A DNA stretch of 64,000 nucleotides from Phoronis australis (GCA_002633005.1 NMRA01000075.1:423950-487949); one strand, 5' to 3'. Positions 12,742 to 27,095 are shown, numbered from the stretch's first letter. Made by a program: numbers and translations. Notes: generated by a model from the sequence alone, not told the origin.

Positions 12742-14800
12742 CCATTGAGGTTACACCTATTAAGGAGAAGATCCTATCACGGGAGTTATGTGTTTCCAGT
12801 ACAAAAGGCGAGTAAACAAGTGAAGTCGATAAGCGAGTTATCTCGCTTACGGTGAAATTGGTCGGTCATTCTGATGTATGAAAGTTATTTATATTCGCGG
12901 GATAAGGTACAACATAAGCTGAAAACCAAATTTGACAAGAGTCTTTAAAATTCCGCTAGTGATGTTTGTGTGTACAAATGACTGTTTGTGTGTGTGGCAG
13001 TGGATATCAGAAAATCGAACTCGGTCATTGGGACGGAGAATCGTGTCAGGTATCGCGAACGCCTGTTTATGACCGAGTATAGGATTTTTTGGCCAAGTGC
13101 CAGAGTGGAAGAACCTGGCAAGTGTTCGTGATTCCGCTCTCGATTTGTGATGGCCATTCCAGAAATTAAGGTCACGCACAGTGAGACCAAGTAAATGGCA
13201 AGTCTGCGCGCTTAGCCAAATATATACAAACTTATTGATTTTGACTCAGTAAGAGTAAAATGTTTTCTGAAAGTAGAAAGCTCGTAGAATTTGGTTTTGA
13301 CATTTTACTTGTATGCTGTTGATTGGGTCAGGCGACAATGCCTTTAGTAAAATTTAGCAAAAAAGAAACGTACATTGTTAACAAAGCAACCTGGTCAGTA
13401 GCATGATAAAATTTTATTTGATACAAATGTTCAGGATGATATCTCAGAAAAGCTGTTTAGTGTTAGTTTTCTAAAACATTATTTAGTTGAACATTTATGC
13501 AACTTGAGAGCTCAGTTTCATGAAAACCATAAAATTCATATTTTGATAGCCCCTCGTGCAGAGGTGGAAAATTTAAAAACACTGGTCCTACTGCCTGTCG
13601 GAGAACAGTCCAGAAAACATAGCTTCAAAAAGTTTCACATGATCCCGAACACTGAGCCGTTTCTGAGACATGAAGTTCCGAGCTTAACCAGATCTGGAAA
13701 TGTTTCTAAGGTCCTAGTCAACCTCAACCCTCTTTTTAGTCTGGTGAAACAAATTTCAACCAGAAGACATTTTCTCTTCAAAACCCAGATGGTACAGACG
13801 AACCTGATGAATTCAAGAAGTATTATGTCTAAGTTACAATCAATAAGGTAGTTATGGTGTTTTTGAGGCCCAATACTCACTCACAAGTCATGAAAGTTTT
13901 TGTACTCCAATCCTACTAAACACTATTTTTTCCGGTTTATCTGCCTTCTGATCAAACGTCAAGACGTGCAAAAATCCAGCAAGTGAACATCGATATTCTG
14001 GACTGGAAATGTTGGCAATAAAAGAAAGTATATGTTAACATTCTTAATTTATTCCTCGTCAACGATGTAGCTGCGAACCAGTTTCAGTAGGTTGCGAGGC
14101 AATGGGTTTTGGCTAGTATCTTGGGAAGTTATGGCATCAGCAGGCGAGCAAAGTGAATACTCACGTGAGTATATTCAGGCAGGAACAGCAGCCGACACGA
14201 CGTTGCCTTTTATGCCAACAAAAGGCGAATGGAGTCGTACACGTAGACTGGGTGAGGTCAACGTAAAGATTATTACTGTGTGGGTAGATTATTTAAGTAT
14301 ACACACTTCGACAAGAGTTGAAAACACTAGAAAGCGAATATCAACACTGACCAAAGAGATGAAACATTTCAATACAATATTCTCTCAGCACGAGGTTCAC
14401 TGTTTCAAAAGAAATTCTTGGTGAAGATTTTTTAATTAAAAAAATTAAATATCTCGTAATCAACCGTAACCAAGACCTTAGGTTACATATAGGTCCACGG
14501 CTGGGCAGGAAATCTTTTGAAAAATTGTCACTCAGATTCGTAATGGGTATGGGTTGAAATTGAAAACATGACTTTAAAATCTAAATTTTGTCCTCATTAA
14601 TAACAAAAATCAAGCAACCAGCGCTCGGGTGTTCAGCCACGCGGCCTGTGGGATACTCGATTATGTTTTATACAGGTGATACAAAGCGAACTACAAAAAT
14701 GGAGACCTAATATCAGAGAGATTCTATGAAGTTGTTACCCTTTCGCAGTGTTTTTTTTTCAGAAACACCACCGTTTTGTCAATCCCATAGTCCTGTTAGA

Positions 14801-14971
14801 GTTCAGTAACGCTAGGACCTAGCTAAAAAGCAAGACTTCGCGAGATTACGAGACACAGATTGCCGTTTATTTTAAATGAGAACACGTGACTTTTATTAGA
14901 TTTTAGCTAGGTCCTAGCGTTACTGAACGCACGCCAGATCAGAGTTCAGTAATGCTAGGACCCAGCTAAAA
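14801..14971. repeat. Hairpin MITE-like inverted repeat
   Basis: Perfect 28-bp IR GTTCAGTAACGCTAGGACCTAGCTAAAA at 14801-14828 / 14901-14928, plus a third, direct copy at 14944-14971. Confidence 0.8.
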
Positions 14972-16544
14972 TTTATTCAAAATCCCGTGTTCTCATATAA
15001 AAAACACGCAATATCTCTCGTTATCTCGCGAAGCCTTGGTTTTTTACGAGCAGGTCCTCTACCCTGATCCTCTCGTACAAATTCCTGAATACAGTGTGGA
15101 TAGCAACAACTGAATGACGTTACGTCACCACGCGTCACGAGGCTGTTGTTGAAAAATGCATCATGCAACAATAGCACTCATACAACAGATAGGAGGAGTT
15201 TTAGGCGACCCGGTTGTCGAAAACGAGTCATTGATTTGTAACTAATTTTTTTAAAAAAAGTTGATGTTGAACCCACTCCTACTACACAGTTGCGTAGAGT
15301 TGGAAAAACGAATTTTTGCAGAGTCTCGAACTCTCACAGAAATCCCTTTTGTTTGATTTTTTTTGTCAGAAATGCATCTTTTCGTGGGTAATTTTGTTAG
15401 AAAAACACACTTTTGTCAGGAAACTGGTCTTAAAAAAAGTCCGAATGGAACGTCCGTACAATTCCTATGAGAGTGTCCCCGGGCACCGACACCACATGAT
15501 TATTTCGCATTTAGTTTTCACGTAAAATCTCTCTGAAACTAATTTTATGTTTCGAACACCCGTTCATTTGCCGGAAACAATAGAACTGAAAAACTCAGAA
15601 CTAGACAATTTAAAGTTCACCATGACTCATATACCAGAAACTCCGCTAAACATACAGCACGTCACACAACATGACCGACAAGAGGAATTCTGTTTTGTTA
15701 AATTTCTCCACACAAGTAAACATTAAGAATATTTTAGTCCATTAGAAACGTAGACTGCAGCGTCAGTGTGGACGTTGTATAAAATATTTGCAGAAACCAT
15801 TATTATTATTATTATTTGCAAAAAGGTAACCAGCCTTTGACTGCGATAAGTTGCCGAATATAGGCTCGCGGACCTACACGTATATTTGGAGGCGTAATTG
15901 AACACTTCTGTGGTTGTAGAGTTCTCGAAAACAGAGATATCATAACTATAAAATATTTGACGAAAATAACATTTCAGCGAGAGTGTAAGGGCAAGGCCAT
16001 GAGAAACAAAATATGATTTGCTTCGTGACGTTTTTGATTTTAGTGTACAAATTAACTAAAGGTACCGTCTGTACAATTTACATGTACTCTCTTGGCTATA
16101 AATGTCGGTTGGCTATAAATGTCGGTTGCCGACTCATTTCCCGTTTATGGGTCCATTTTTATTGGGGGTACTAGAGAGGTAAACTTATGCTGTTTCTAGA
16201 ATATACGCCCCGAAGCTTACGATACTATCACATGTATCAGAAATTACAGGTGCGCTTTGAAAATCGCAATCGCAGCTCGAGAAATTCAATACCTACGAGT
16301 GCGTGAGTGTACAAACAACGCATGCATACAATAAATATCAAACAGAAGATTTCGAATCAGATACTGACCGTTGCAGAAGCTAACAATGGTAGGACACGCA
16401 ACAGAATTGTACAAATGTCGAACGAAAACGTCACGATTACTAAAGGTACTCCCCAACTTTCTTTGGTCTACCGCTCAATAGCTTGAAGGTGAATTTCCAA
16501 ACGTGAGAGGAGAGCAGTTAATCTGGGGTAACCGCGTTTAGCTT

Positions 16545-17227
16545 CGTGAGAAAAAATTTCCAAGTACAGGGATACCGCGAAAACGAAAACAAATAAATAT
16601 TTATACTCTTCTTCCCAGCGCGTTTTTCCCATTCAGACCGGAACGCGTGTTTGCAAACAGGCGCCACTGTTAGTCATATTTATGTCGTTGATCTTTTACA
16701 TTGGCCCTGCGCTATGTATACAAAATACCACTGTAGCCTCATTCAACAGGTTTCTGAATGAGACGACCACGGTGTTGATCTCAACCACAGAGCAGTTCAT
16801 CAGTGATAAAAAAGGGGTGGCAGAACACATACCGTGAAAGATTATCTTCACAAATTATTCTCTCTGCACGTAACTGCAGATTATCAGCTTACCACGTGAA
16901 ATATACATGACGCATTTATTTATATACTAAGCAAAACTCTGATATTATCTCCGCTTCTGCACAAGGATGTGCAAACGTAAAGTATGAATGAGCATTTCTC
17001 CCCAGGCATTTCTCACGACAACTGGATTCTCACGCATTGAGTGTCAATCACCGTTAGTACGCCATTTACACCTCACAATACTACCGAATTGGTAGGCGGG
17101 GCGTGTGCTAATTAACAACAGTCATTGGTCGATTATAACAAAGGAGGCGTAGTGTGTACCAACATTTAACATTCCTAACAAAGTGCCCAGACTATCTAAA
17201 TATAACCTAGAGGGCTTGTAGTGGGAA
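16545..17227 (+). promoter_or_regulatory. Putative NRARP promoter with clustered CSL/Su(H) sites
   Basis: CGTGAGAA 16545-16552; TTCTCACG 17010-17017 and 17027-17034; AGTGGGAA 17220-17227. Also a GC box GGCGGGGC 17095-17102, inverted CCAAT boxes at ~17088 and ~17124, and TATAA at 17201. Confidence 0.6.
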
Positions 17228-17489
17228 TAATTCGGTTCACAGGACTGCGCTGTGTGTTTCCGAACTCTTGAAGCGCATGGGAGTACGGCGGATCGTGCAT
17301 TGGCAAGACTGAACTCACAAATTGATGGGGGTTTCGGGAAAATTATAGTCTTAAAGCACGAACACCCTCAAATAAGCAGTTTCATTGGTTTATCGTTGCA
17401 AGTCTTGTTGGCTGTCTCATAGCTGCAAGACAGTGTCGAGGAGTGTCGCTGCAATTTCTCGTTGTGCTGCTTTCGTGTACCCAGGCAAA

Positions 17490-17840
17490 ATGATTCTGGA
17501 GGAAACTGTCAATGGTAAGAACAACCTCGCTGATGGAGTGTCGACGTACCAGGACATATTTCAGGAGGCCGTGAAAAACGGCGACACCAGGATTCTAAGA
17601 AGACTCCTGGAGGACAGAGAAGGAAAGGTGAATGTTAACTTGTATGATTTGGAGGGACAGACGGCTTTGCACCATTGTTGTCAGGACGGGAATTTCGAAC
17701 TGGTGAAGTTGTTGATTCGATTTGGAGCAGATACGAACTTGGCGAACAAGGACGGTTGGAACTGTCTCCACATAGCCTCGTTTCAAGGATACAAAGATAT
17801 CTGTTTGTACCTAATTAATATTCATAGTCTGAGAAGGTAG
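17490..17840 (+). CDS. NRARP: Notch-regulated ankyrin repeat-containing protein (116 aa, single coding exon)
   Basis: IFQEAVKNGDT...VNVNLYDLEGQTALHHCCQDGNFELVKLLIRFGADTNLANKDGWNCLHIASFQGYKDICLYLI aligns by eye with vertebrate NRARP (IFQEAVRKGNT...EGQTALHQSVIDGNLELVKLLVKFGADIRLANRDGWSALHIAAFGG). ATG in caaaATG context. Confidence 0.95.
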   Translation: MILEETVNGKNNLADGVSTYQDIFQEAVKNGDTRILRRLLEDREGKVNVNLYDLEGQTALHHCCQDGNFELVKLLIRFGADTNLANKDGWNCLHIASFQGYKDICLYLINIHSLRR

Positions 17841-20806
17841 CAGACGTCTGTGTAGCATGTTTTCACACGTGCGTGAGAAATGAATGGCCATTTACGCCGT
17901 TGGTCCACGTTCGACCATTGAAGATGGGAGAGACGGCCAGTGCTTTGTGGACGGGATATCGTGTGAAAACTGAACAGACGCCATACTACGGCCGTTTCAT
18001 CCTGGCTCGTTGAGTACCGGTGCGCCCTCACCCTTGACAACTGACGAGAGTTTTTACAACTTGGCATGCACGTTAGATGAATGAGGGATAGGTCCTTGAC
18101 TCGCACTAGGTCACCCTTTAATTCATCTCCGAATAAAAGGTTTGAATAAATCACACGGTCAACTGTGAGTTTACACAAGAGGTGGACGCAGTGCAACGTA
18201 AATCAGTATTAATAACGTGGGATTTGCATACCTACGAATGAATAGCCTCAGATGGATGCCCTTTAAAAACTTGGAAATTTGACACCTGTGCTCAAATTTA
18301 TTTGTTCAATCATTAAGTATGGCCTTTGTAAATTAATTTCCAATCTCTTATCATTTCCTCCGTTTTCGATAGTTCACGATACTTTTCAGAAACACGTGTT
18401 AAGTTAGCTTCCGAATTGTCGAACAAACGAGGTGATGATGAGATTGTGCTGAGTGACGTTATGTAACTTAACTTGAATTAGCGTGTAATGGCCGGTTTAC
18501 CAGCGCGGTTTGTTTTGTTAAAGGAATTCTCACAATAAACATGTACTGTTCAGTCCTATTCAGATTCGCTGTCGCGAGATGAAGTGCGCGCCCTCCCGTG
18601 ATATTTGCACTGGAGTTCTCCGTGCAAGACCCTACACGTTGGCTTATTGAGGCTTTGTTCGCATAGCATTGTGTCAATATTATAGGGCAAAGTGACTTGA
18701 GGGATTTGTGTGCGGACTGTGGTATGCCTCGTCTTTGCCAGAGTGATAATGAATGTTTTATCTGGGCTGCGGGCCGTGCATGTTGTGCACTAGAAAGAAG
18801 GCTTACACGGAGAACACCAGTGCTTTTCCATTGGCATGATTGGAGTTAACATTTTTGCAATTTCTGTTCTTCACGGTACAGATTTTCAAAACTCATCACG
18901 TGTTTTGATGAGGGGTATTTTGCTGAAAGGGTTGTTATTAATTTTGTCACATAGCCATAAAGTGAACCTAAGGTGTTGCAATTTATTTTGTTTCCAATTT
19001 TAATTTTGCAAAATACCATTTCTCTTCAGTTCTTGTTTGAAAACATTTGTATTCCTGAAATTATGTTCACACAAGTATTCTTGAGCGGGGTCTAATTTTG
19101 AAGAATTTTTTAGTAGTGCCCGATTGTCGGCCGAAGGCCGAAATACAATCTGTCTAAATGTTAATTATCTCGCTTTTACTGCTTGCCGTGATGGCAGTGT
19201 AACGAAGTAGTGCCTCAACACTGATCTTTACATTCCCAATATGTTGTGTTAATCTGTTGAATTGTGATATGAATAATACAAATTACATTACATTACAGCT
19301 TCTTTTTACGATATATCGAATTTTTGTCATGATATTCTTCTGAATGATTTCGAATTTTTGTGGAAAACTCATATTGTGTGTATTAGTGTGCGTATTATTA
19401 CATGTACGAATCTTGTCATGAGATTTTGCCTCGTTTTAATCATTATAACTGGACTAGGAAGTTGCATGGAATTTTGCCATTTGTTTGAAAAGTAAGAAAC
19501 GAAACCTCGCTAAGTTATTAAGGTTGTCAGTTGCGGGAGACCTGCTAATTTTAATGAATAGCTTTGAAAACTTCTCGCATGGAAGTTTGTATGCATCATG
19601 ATCATCCTCGATGGTGTGGTCCAAACAATAAAAGCACGGGCTTGAATTCAACCTATTTATAAAACATTTACTGCCGAGTAGCCGGCACTCGAAACTGACT
19701 GCGAGTCTAGAAATCTCCGGGAGCGATCTGTTAAATGACTTGGAAAATTGCTGTTCACAAGACAACATGGCAAGTGCCTATAATTCCCAGTTCATTTAAA
19801 TTTGAGTTGAGATTCGTTAAAACGTTGATTCAAAACCGCGTGATCTGTGTACTAGCTCTGAAGACATATACAGCTGGGCCCGCCGAAGCTACCGTTGAAA
19901 TGTGACTATTTAAAGATAATAAAAGCAATCGTTTTTGAATATTAATTTTAATAAAAAATGCTGATTCCTAATTATCTTGTAGAGACGAATTCCTTGGTTA
20001 CTGTTGCCTTGACAAGTGTTTACTTTCCATTGAACAAAAGTGCAATAGTCGAATATAACGTGCCCATGTTTTGAGAACCAGTCTGACGCCCGTTATTAAG
20101 TGTAGAAAACTGGTTCTCAAATTGCGAGCCCCTTATATCCGACCATTAACGAGCAAAAGTGACATGAACCCGACAAAAGACCTGCATCTTGGTATTGCAG
20201 TCACTTCCATTGAACAAACAGTCGTCTGACCTGCAGTAGGGATTAGGACATTAGATTTCATCAATGGGAGCGAATGCAAAATCATTGCAGGGTCGTTTAT
20301 GTCACTTTGTAATTTTCCATGGGTAGTAATTACGCACCAGGGGTACAGCGCTTAATAGGGAAAACCGGAATTCGCGTTTAACCTCTGATGAACCTTTCTG
20401 GTGACGTAACAATTCGGCCGTATCTGACCGCTATTGCGGCACCGATGGTGGAAACTCGTTCGTTTGAACACTGCCGCTACTTTCGTAATGCAAACTGTTG
20501 GTAATACCCCAACAATATAGCGAACAACCACTTCACACAGTGAAAAAGAATTGTATCAAGCACGCTTTCCCTTTACAGGGCATTATCAGTCAGAAAAGTG
20601 TTTTTCTGAAATCAGCCTCAAGCACGCAATCGTACCTGGAACCCCCGCAGTTTCAGCCAAACATTCTGCTGGCGGAGCTAATGCACTTGTTAACAGGTGG
20701 CCTCGATTCCAGCAAATGTCTGTCAGAAAACGGTGCGAATTAGCGTATGGTGAAATAAAAAATACTAAAAAGAAAACGGGATTTGCTGTTTTAGACCTCT
20801 GGTTAA

Positions 20807-20946
20807 CAGTGCTGTAGTGGGGCGTAGGCGCACGTAGGTGCAGCCAATCACCTTTGGGCATTTGAACATAAGTAACGTTCAGTGATCAAGGTGATACGGT
20901 GGGCTTTGGGCGCCTACTTATCTCCAATTTTACTTCTACAGCACTG
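20807..20946 (+). mobile_element. Internally deleted hAT family B MITE (140 bp)
   Basis: TIR CAGTGCTGTAG / CTACAGCACTG. Exact 8-bp TSD CTGGTTAA on both sides. Both ends match 9839-10521. Confidence 0.88.
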
Positions 20947-21634
20947 CTGGTTAAATTTATTAACTTCGTGAAGTCCATCCCATCCAACAAATAACTCCAA
21001 ATATGACGAACCGTTACAAAAGTCATTAGACCGCTCACCGTTATGAAGCTGGTTTCAAATTGTTCCTTAGCCAAAACAGATGCGATTTCTGGTACGAGAA
21101 TTTGACTGACTGCACAATGTGCCCGCTTAGGAGCAGGTGCTCTTAAGCCGCCATCAAGTTTTTGTTGTTTGATCGTGCACGTGTAGACCACAAGGGCAGC
21201 CCAATGGCGAAGGCTGCGAATGCCGACGTCAGCGGCAAGACAAAATAATCGGGCCACTGGCATGTACATGTAAGCTGTGAAACAGCGCGTGATAAATGAG
21301 ACCACTGGTTACTTGGTGTTTTGTTGCTTCTAACTTTAGAGTTGATGACGATTTCAACTACGGCAATTTTCACTAATTTAGCTCACGATATGACCGACTA
21401 GAGAAATTTTATTTTGTTAAATTTCACCACAAAAGTGAGTATTAAGAAAATTTAATCTCTATTACTAGTGTTCTCTGCATTACGCAGATGTCGTAAAACA
21501 ACTGGTCATTTGATTAACTTTCCATTGTTTGAAGGAAGGTAATCATCATTTGGAAAATGTGTAAAAATCATCACAATTTTGGCAAAGAGTGGAGAACTGT
21601 CGTACCATTTCCCACGCACGGAAAAGAAACACTT

Positions 21635-21792
21635 CAGGGGCGGATCCAGGATTTTGAGTAAGGGGGGAGGCGGGGCACAGTATTAGCCAGGATTTTGCTC
21701 GTCAGGCATTCGCATCCCCGAACTGTGAAATGGAATCTGGGAGAAATTTAGGGGGGGGCATGACCCCCTTGCCGACCCTCTAAATACATTGA
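21635..21792 (-). mobile_element. MITE family A copy
   Basis: Starts CAGGGGCGGATCCAGGATTTT and is the reverse complement of the family A core. Confidence 0.7.
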
Positions 21793-24700
21793 TTCCAGTG
21801 GACATATACGTGTTTCTTCGAAGGAATAGAACTTTGATTTAGCCCAGTTAACGATATAAAACTGGTCCCTCCTCTGTGACCTACTCAGGTAGAGTAAGAG
21901 GTCATTTTTGGTCTTGCAAAGTACGGGGAACTGCTTGAGACTATGCGAATAAAGCGACACATCGCGACAAACTAACGAACTATCAGCTCTCTCCAAGCCC
22001 AGAAATTGCATCTGTTATGACTAAGGAACTATTTCAATTCCGTGGTCGTAAGTGGTCCCAAACAAACTTGTTCTTATGACGGAAGGCAGGTTTATAGCCA
22101 ATTTACGTAACACGCCCATTTCATGCTCACGCTCAGGTTGACGCCACCTCGCCAAAATGATGAAACTGCGAAAATCCCAGGTCGTTGAACGAAACCTGAG
22201 GTAGCCAAAACTGGCATCGAATGTCGCGGAACAGAACGAGAGTCGCCGACCAAGAAAACGTCGTGCCGTTCTCGGTTCTGAGCATTACTAAAAATGACTG
22301 CTCCTTATTTCTGCCCGTAGACATACAACACTTAATCTCTAACTCAATTCATCCTGCCAACAGACGAAGAACGCAGACGATCAGATACGTTGGACGCGCG
22401 TGTTTCGTGATCCGAACTTGCTCGATTTTTGCCAAACGATCGTGGCTTCCATCTGTTTACTTCATATTATATTTATAAGAGCGTGATTGATGTGCGTGAC
22501 TTCTGAGGGTTGCACTGATTTCACGAAATGGAACAATTTTGAACCAAAGATATTTAATCTTGGAAAAGTTTGGAAGTCGGCATAAATTTCGAAACAAATT
22601 TAGGTGGAATTATTGTCTGACTTTGATTTTCGCTGTGGCGACAACTTGTCGACTGGGATTTTCTAAAGTTGGCAAACACAATTTCAAGTTGTATTGGCGA
22701 GCAGCACGTCGACAACTCGAGCACCGCTGTAGTGATTGTACATCGCGATGTCGCTAATTTATTCCGTTTTAAAACGTTACTAAATTAATTTTAACAGCTT
22801 ATTAAAATATAATTAACCACCACGAGATCACCGGCAATCTTTGAAGTAACCACCAACAACAACGCCAAGCTGCATTTTGTCACCAGTCCCAAAAATTTAA
22901 AGCAATTTTGAAAACTTTTTTCAAAACTTCTACGAACTTGTCTAACGTTTGAGTTGGATCCATCGGCGGTTATGGGGAACGTTTATACAATAGAAACACA
23001 GGATACCCCCTGACAGGCAACGGAAGTGCATTAGCAGGGCTGCATTGCATAAAGGCAAGAATTTGGCAAGTAAAACTTGTGCGATGACGCACTTAGTTTG
23101 TAATACATATCTTGCGAAGTCTTGCGTGATCTTGCGAAGTCTTGCGTTTTGCGAGGCTTCTACCTCTAACGGAACGCAGGCCCGAATGACGCCTTTATTT
23201 CCAAGGCAACTTCAAACTGTACCCTCTCAAATGGACAATTGAGTCACCTACACTACAGGGGATTTTGAGTTTGATGCCCGTTATTCAGTGGAAAAAACTG
23301 GTTCTCTAAATACGGGACCCATGTAAATGAGTGTTACCCGCAAATTGACCATCTGCACTACACGTAGTTTCTGCGTAGTTTAGTTCGCCCTTTGTGACAG
23401 GACGAGTCCAGATGTGGGGCAAGTGGTGCGCTGTGTCTGCACGCAGAACCAGGAAGACAACGCTTCGTGCCACGCGGTGGCTCAGGGCGTCTACCAAAAC
23501 ACTCCATGGGTTGTTTGAATTTTATCACTGGTTTCAACTCCATTCGACTCAAAGGCAAACGAGACCTTAGGCTAGAGCACTGGCAGTCGTGGCCCCCTTG
23601 GCGCCCTCTAAATCCGCCACTGGAACCTCTACTGGTTTCGTATGCTAACACTGAAACTGATGGAAAAAATAAGCACCACTGCATCTTCCGAAAAGATTTG
23701 CTCCCGGAACCCCTCGGGTGTTTTCGAAGCCTGAAACTATGGTTAACTACGGAAAGTAACCATATAACGATAATGATGACAATAATATGGAATTTCTCCG
23801 AAGGTCAAGGAATCCACAATTCGTCAGGAAGAGTGTGTATGTCACTATAAAACGTTGGGGGGGGGNGGGGGGGGGGGGTCATGTGATAACTGAAGAATTC
23901 CTTTCGAAAACTAAAACCCATCACTTACTTTTAATTTTGTCTAGTGTCCAAGGTATTTTAACGAGACAAAAATAGAAGTAGTTGAAATAAAACCGCTTTA
24001 ACTGACACCTGTAACTGCCGACGTGAGTTACAAAATTGGCGGGAATCGCAAGCAGATGTTCTTTTGTATCGAGTTAACTTGTTACTCGTCTGTGATTGGT
24101 TCTCTACACTTGAAATTAAAAATGACTGCAACCATGTTTCCTATAATTTTCTTCTAAGCAGGTGAAATTTGCCTGTTTTCAGGATACTTGACAGTATGGA
24201 AAATTGCCCAAGATAAACATTGATTTATCTACTAGTTAGAGCTTTTATTGCGACTTTCGCTTAATTACTTCAGAGACTTTATCGTTGCATTGCACGCACT
24301 ATTTCTTCGGTTTGATCGTGCGATTTGATTCTTTCTGACTTTTATTTTCATTCAGGCAGACAAACCAAGGTCCTAACTTAGAAACAAAATACAGTAAGGA
24401 AGTCCAGCGTGGATTCAATTTAGTTTGATCTGCGCGTGACACTGGAATGTTGTTTGTTCACAGGGGGCGCACACTGTGTAACGTTTTTTAGCTAAATCTA
24501 ATTCTAGGTCGTTCCGCGGTTTCAATTGCGTTGTGAGCGGAGAATTAGATTTATTAAACACAGTTACACTTGGAGCTTCTCGGGTCAAGGTTGCGTTTAT
24601 AAAAATACAAACCAATGGAGAAAAATGGCACTTGAACCACTTTTATTAGTAAAAGTTAAATATTAAATTCAGTTAAAAAATCCCCCAGCTTAGATTCCCA

Positions 24701-25412
24701 TAGGTCAAAAAATGATCACCTTCTAGCAAAAGGATATAATCGTCATTTGTTGAAATCGAAGAAACATAATAACAAAAAGTTTTGGTTCCAAAAACTAAGG
24801 GCCACTGAGAAGAGATTATAACTGCTGCTTGAGCACAACAAGCGGGTATACGCTGTGCAATTAATTTCCGCCGGTCACAATAAATATGAGTCATTTTAGC
24901 CAACACCAATTGAAGCTTGAAACTTAGCCGGTTAATGTTCAAACCGTGCGAATTCACACGGCTCAAGAGCTGCAAGTACTTCCTGCCAACTCAAATTTTC
25001 AACCCTCGTGACATTCTCAACAGTTACACCATAACCTAAGGCTCGCTTGTTCCCTGCATGTCCGCTAGGTGGTAGAAACACCCAGGCATCATTTAATTTT
25101 CCTCGGGAATTTTTTTATACAGGCGTTTCAGACTGGCTGGCCGAACACATAGCGCCCTTTTACGAAACAAACTGGCATGACTGATGGAGGGAGTTGTAAA
25201 TGTGGATAAAGCTTGTGATCTGTTGTGTAGACACATCGCCACTTACGTGTAATTCATGTTCAAGAAATGTGAATCAGAAAACTGTGACTGCGCCTTTTCG
25301 GAGTGTATTTTTTCTACTGTCGCTTACTTTTGTTTACGTTGGTGTCCTGTATTCACGTAGTATAAATAACACAGCGGTTAAATCCGCCTGATGTGTGGGA
25401 ATCTCATTTATG

Positions 25413-25555
25413 TGGCGGCACACCATAGGGGGGTGGGGGCTATAGACCTCATCTTTTCAGTGCTCCGGCGCCTATGGTCTATGGGCGGTGTACCACAGGA
25501 GGGGGGGGGCTGGGGGCGCTATAGCCCCCACTTTTTCAGTGCTGTGCCGCCCATG
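25413..25555 (+). repeat. Short repeat family C (GGGGGCTGGGGG..TATAGCCCCCACTTTTTCAGTGCTG), as a tandem dimer
   Basis: Similar dimer at ~27405-27541 and an inverted copy at ~62983-63043. Confidence 0.65.
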
Positions 25556-26946
25556 TTCAAGTACGTGGCTTTTAAGCCGCATTACTGCAGAAATGAAATA
25601 TTTGCTGGCACGCCACTGACAAGACTGAAAAACGTTTAAAATCCGCCATTTACATTATTTGTTTTAATGCTAATCAATGACTGCCGAGGTTACATCAACC
25701 AGTGGCAAAACGCGTGTTACGGAATGATACCCGTGTGTTCTCTACCGCCTAGCGGACACACAGGGAACCAGCGAGAACTTATGGTCGACTAGAATGCCTG
25801 TGTCTGTCTTTTGTGTAAAATCAATATAAAATTAACGGATTTGGATCAAAAGAGACTTTCTTATGCCATTTTCAATGGAATGCCTCGTGAACGATCAAAA
25901 CAGTGACAGTAGGTACAGTGTATATGACTCGGACATACGTGTAATGTTTGAGTTAGGGCACTTATATACATGACGATATCACGATACAACGGTGACAACC
26001 ATCGAAATACCGGGAATTACCGAAAAAAAGCCCATGGGCGGATAATTGGAAACCGACCTTTCAAAAACCTGGGCGTATATTCGTAAAAAGGATAGCGTAT
26101 TTTAGGAAACAATTTAAGGCAATCATAATCACTGATGTTGTACCTCACTAGTAAGTATTTTATCCGTCAATACTGATTTCGCATTGAGTTAACACATTGC
26201 TTAAAAACTCTCCTTTATATCGTGCTAATACAGTTCGTGAACCAAGTCACCCTAGTCATTTGAGTGAAATTGTGCTCCCAAAATACAATTTTTGCCAAAA
26301 TAAACAAAATTTTACATCAAAACCATAGACCAATCCATCAGATTTTCAAAACATGCAGTTACCGAAAACACGCCTATGGGTGCTCTTTTGGGTGGGCCTA
26401 TTTTGGGAAATTATGACGTATTCATCCAAGATAAGAGTAATTTATGAACAGTAACGCAAGCATCCATACTCCTGCAACCGAGTGCAATTCATTGATATAA
26501 AAAGTTACGGCTAAGTTAGAACCTCGCGCAAAATAGGCCCTACAGTGGTGACTCCGGGGAGGGGTGGGGCACCTAGGAAATTGTGACGACTAGGGGCAGT
26601 AGAAATTAGGGTCCAGTCTCGTCTACACAGGAGCCATGTTTACAGCTTGGGAGACTCGAGAAACCTCAATCCGGTACCGTATTTACATTTTTCTTTCCCT
26701 TGTGCTGGGTTTAGGTAATTAGACTACATGCAATCCGAGCAACACCGCGATCATACAATCATGAACACGGTTTGCGAACCTTTAAACTCAGGCCATTGAC
26801 TTATTAACAAGGCCACACACTCGAGGTAGTTCTTAGGGATTTAGCGGCTTTAACAAGCGTTCAAAAACTGTTAAGTGATATCATGCTCATACTGCTGTGT
26901 TCATCTGTCTCAGTTTTTAGAATGTGTGTCATTCAAACAAATCTTC

Positions 26947-27095
26947 CCCTCACCTCTTTCTCAATCTCTCTTTCCTCCTTCCCTCTCCCTACCTCCCTTC
27001 TTCTCCCTCTCTCTCTCTCTCTCTTTGCTCCCTCTCCCCCTCCCTCTCCGCCTCCTCCCTCCCTCCCTCTCTCCCCCTCTCTGTCCCCCTCTCTC
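26947..27095. repeat. CT-rich polypyrimidine low-complexity tract
   Basis: Nearly pure C/T run including (CT)n. Confidence 0.92.

Noticed and set aside
17385-17489. 35-aa N-terminal extension of NRARP in the ORF track
   Set aside because: Starts at TTG. Homology and Kozak context favour the ATG at 17490.
19263-19269. K-box-like TGTGATA downstream of NRARP
   Set aside because: A single 7-mer, with the 3' UTR extent unknown and no Brd or GY boxes seen; expected by chance.
20498-21373. Cluster of overlapping ORFs up to 139 aa
   Set aside because: No recognisable motif; interrupted by a hAT MITE; no consistent exon chain found.
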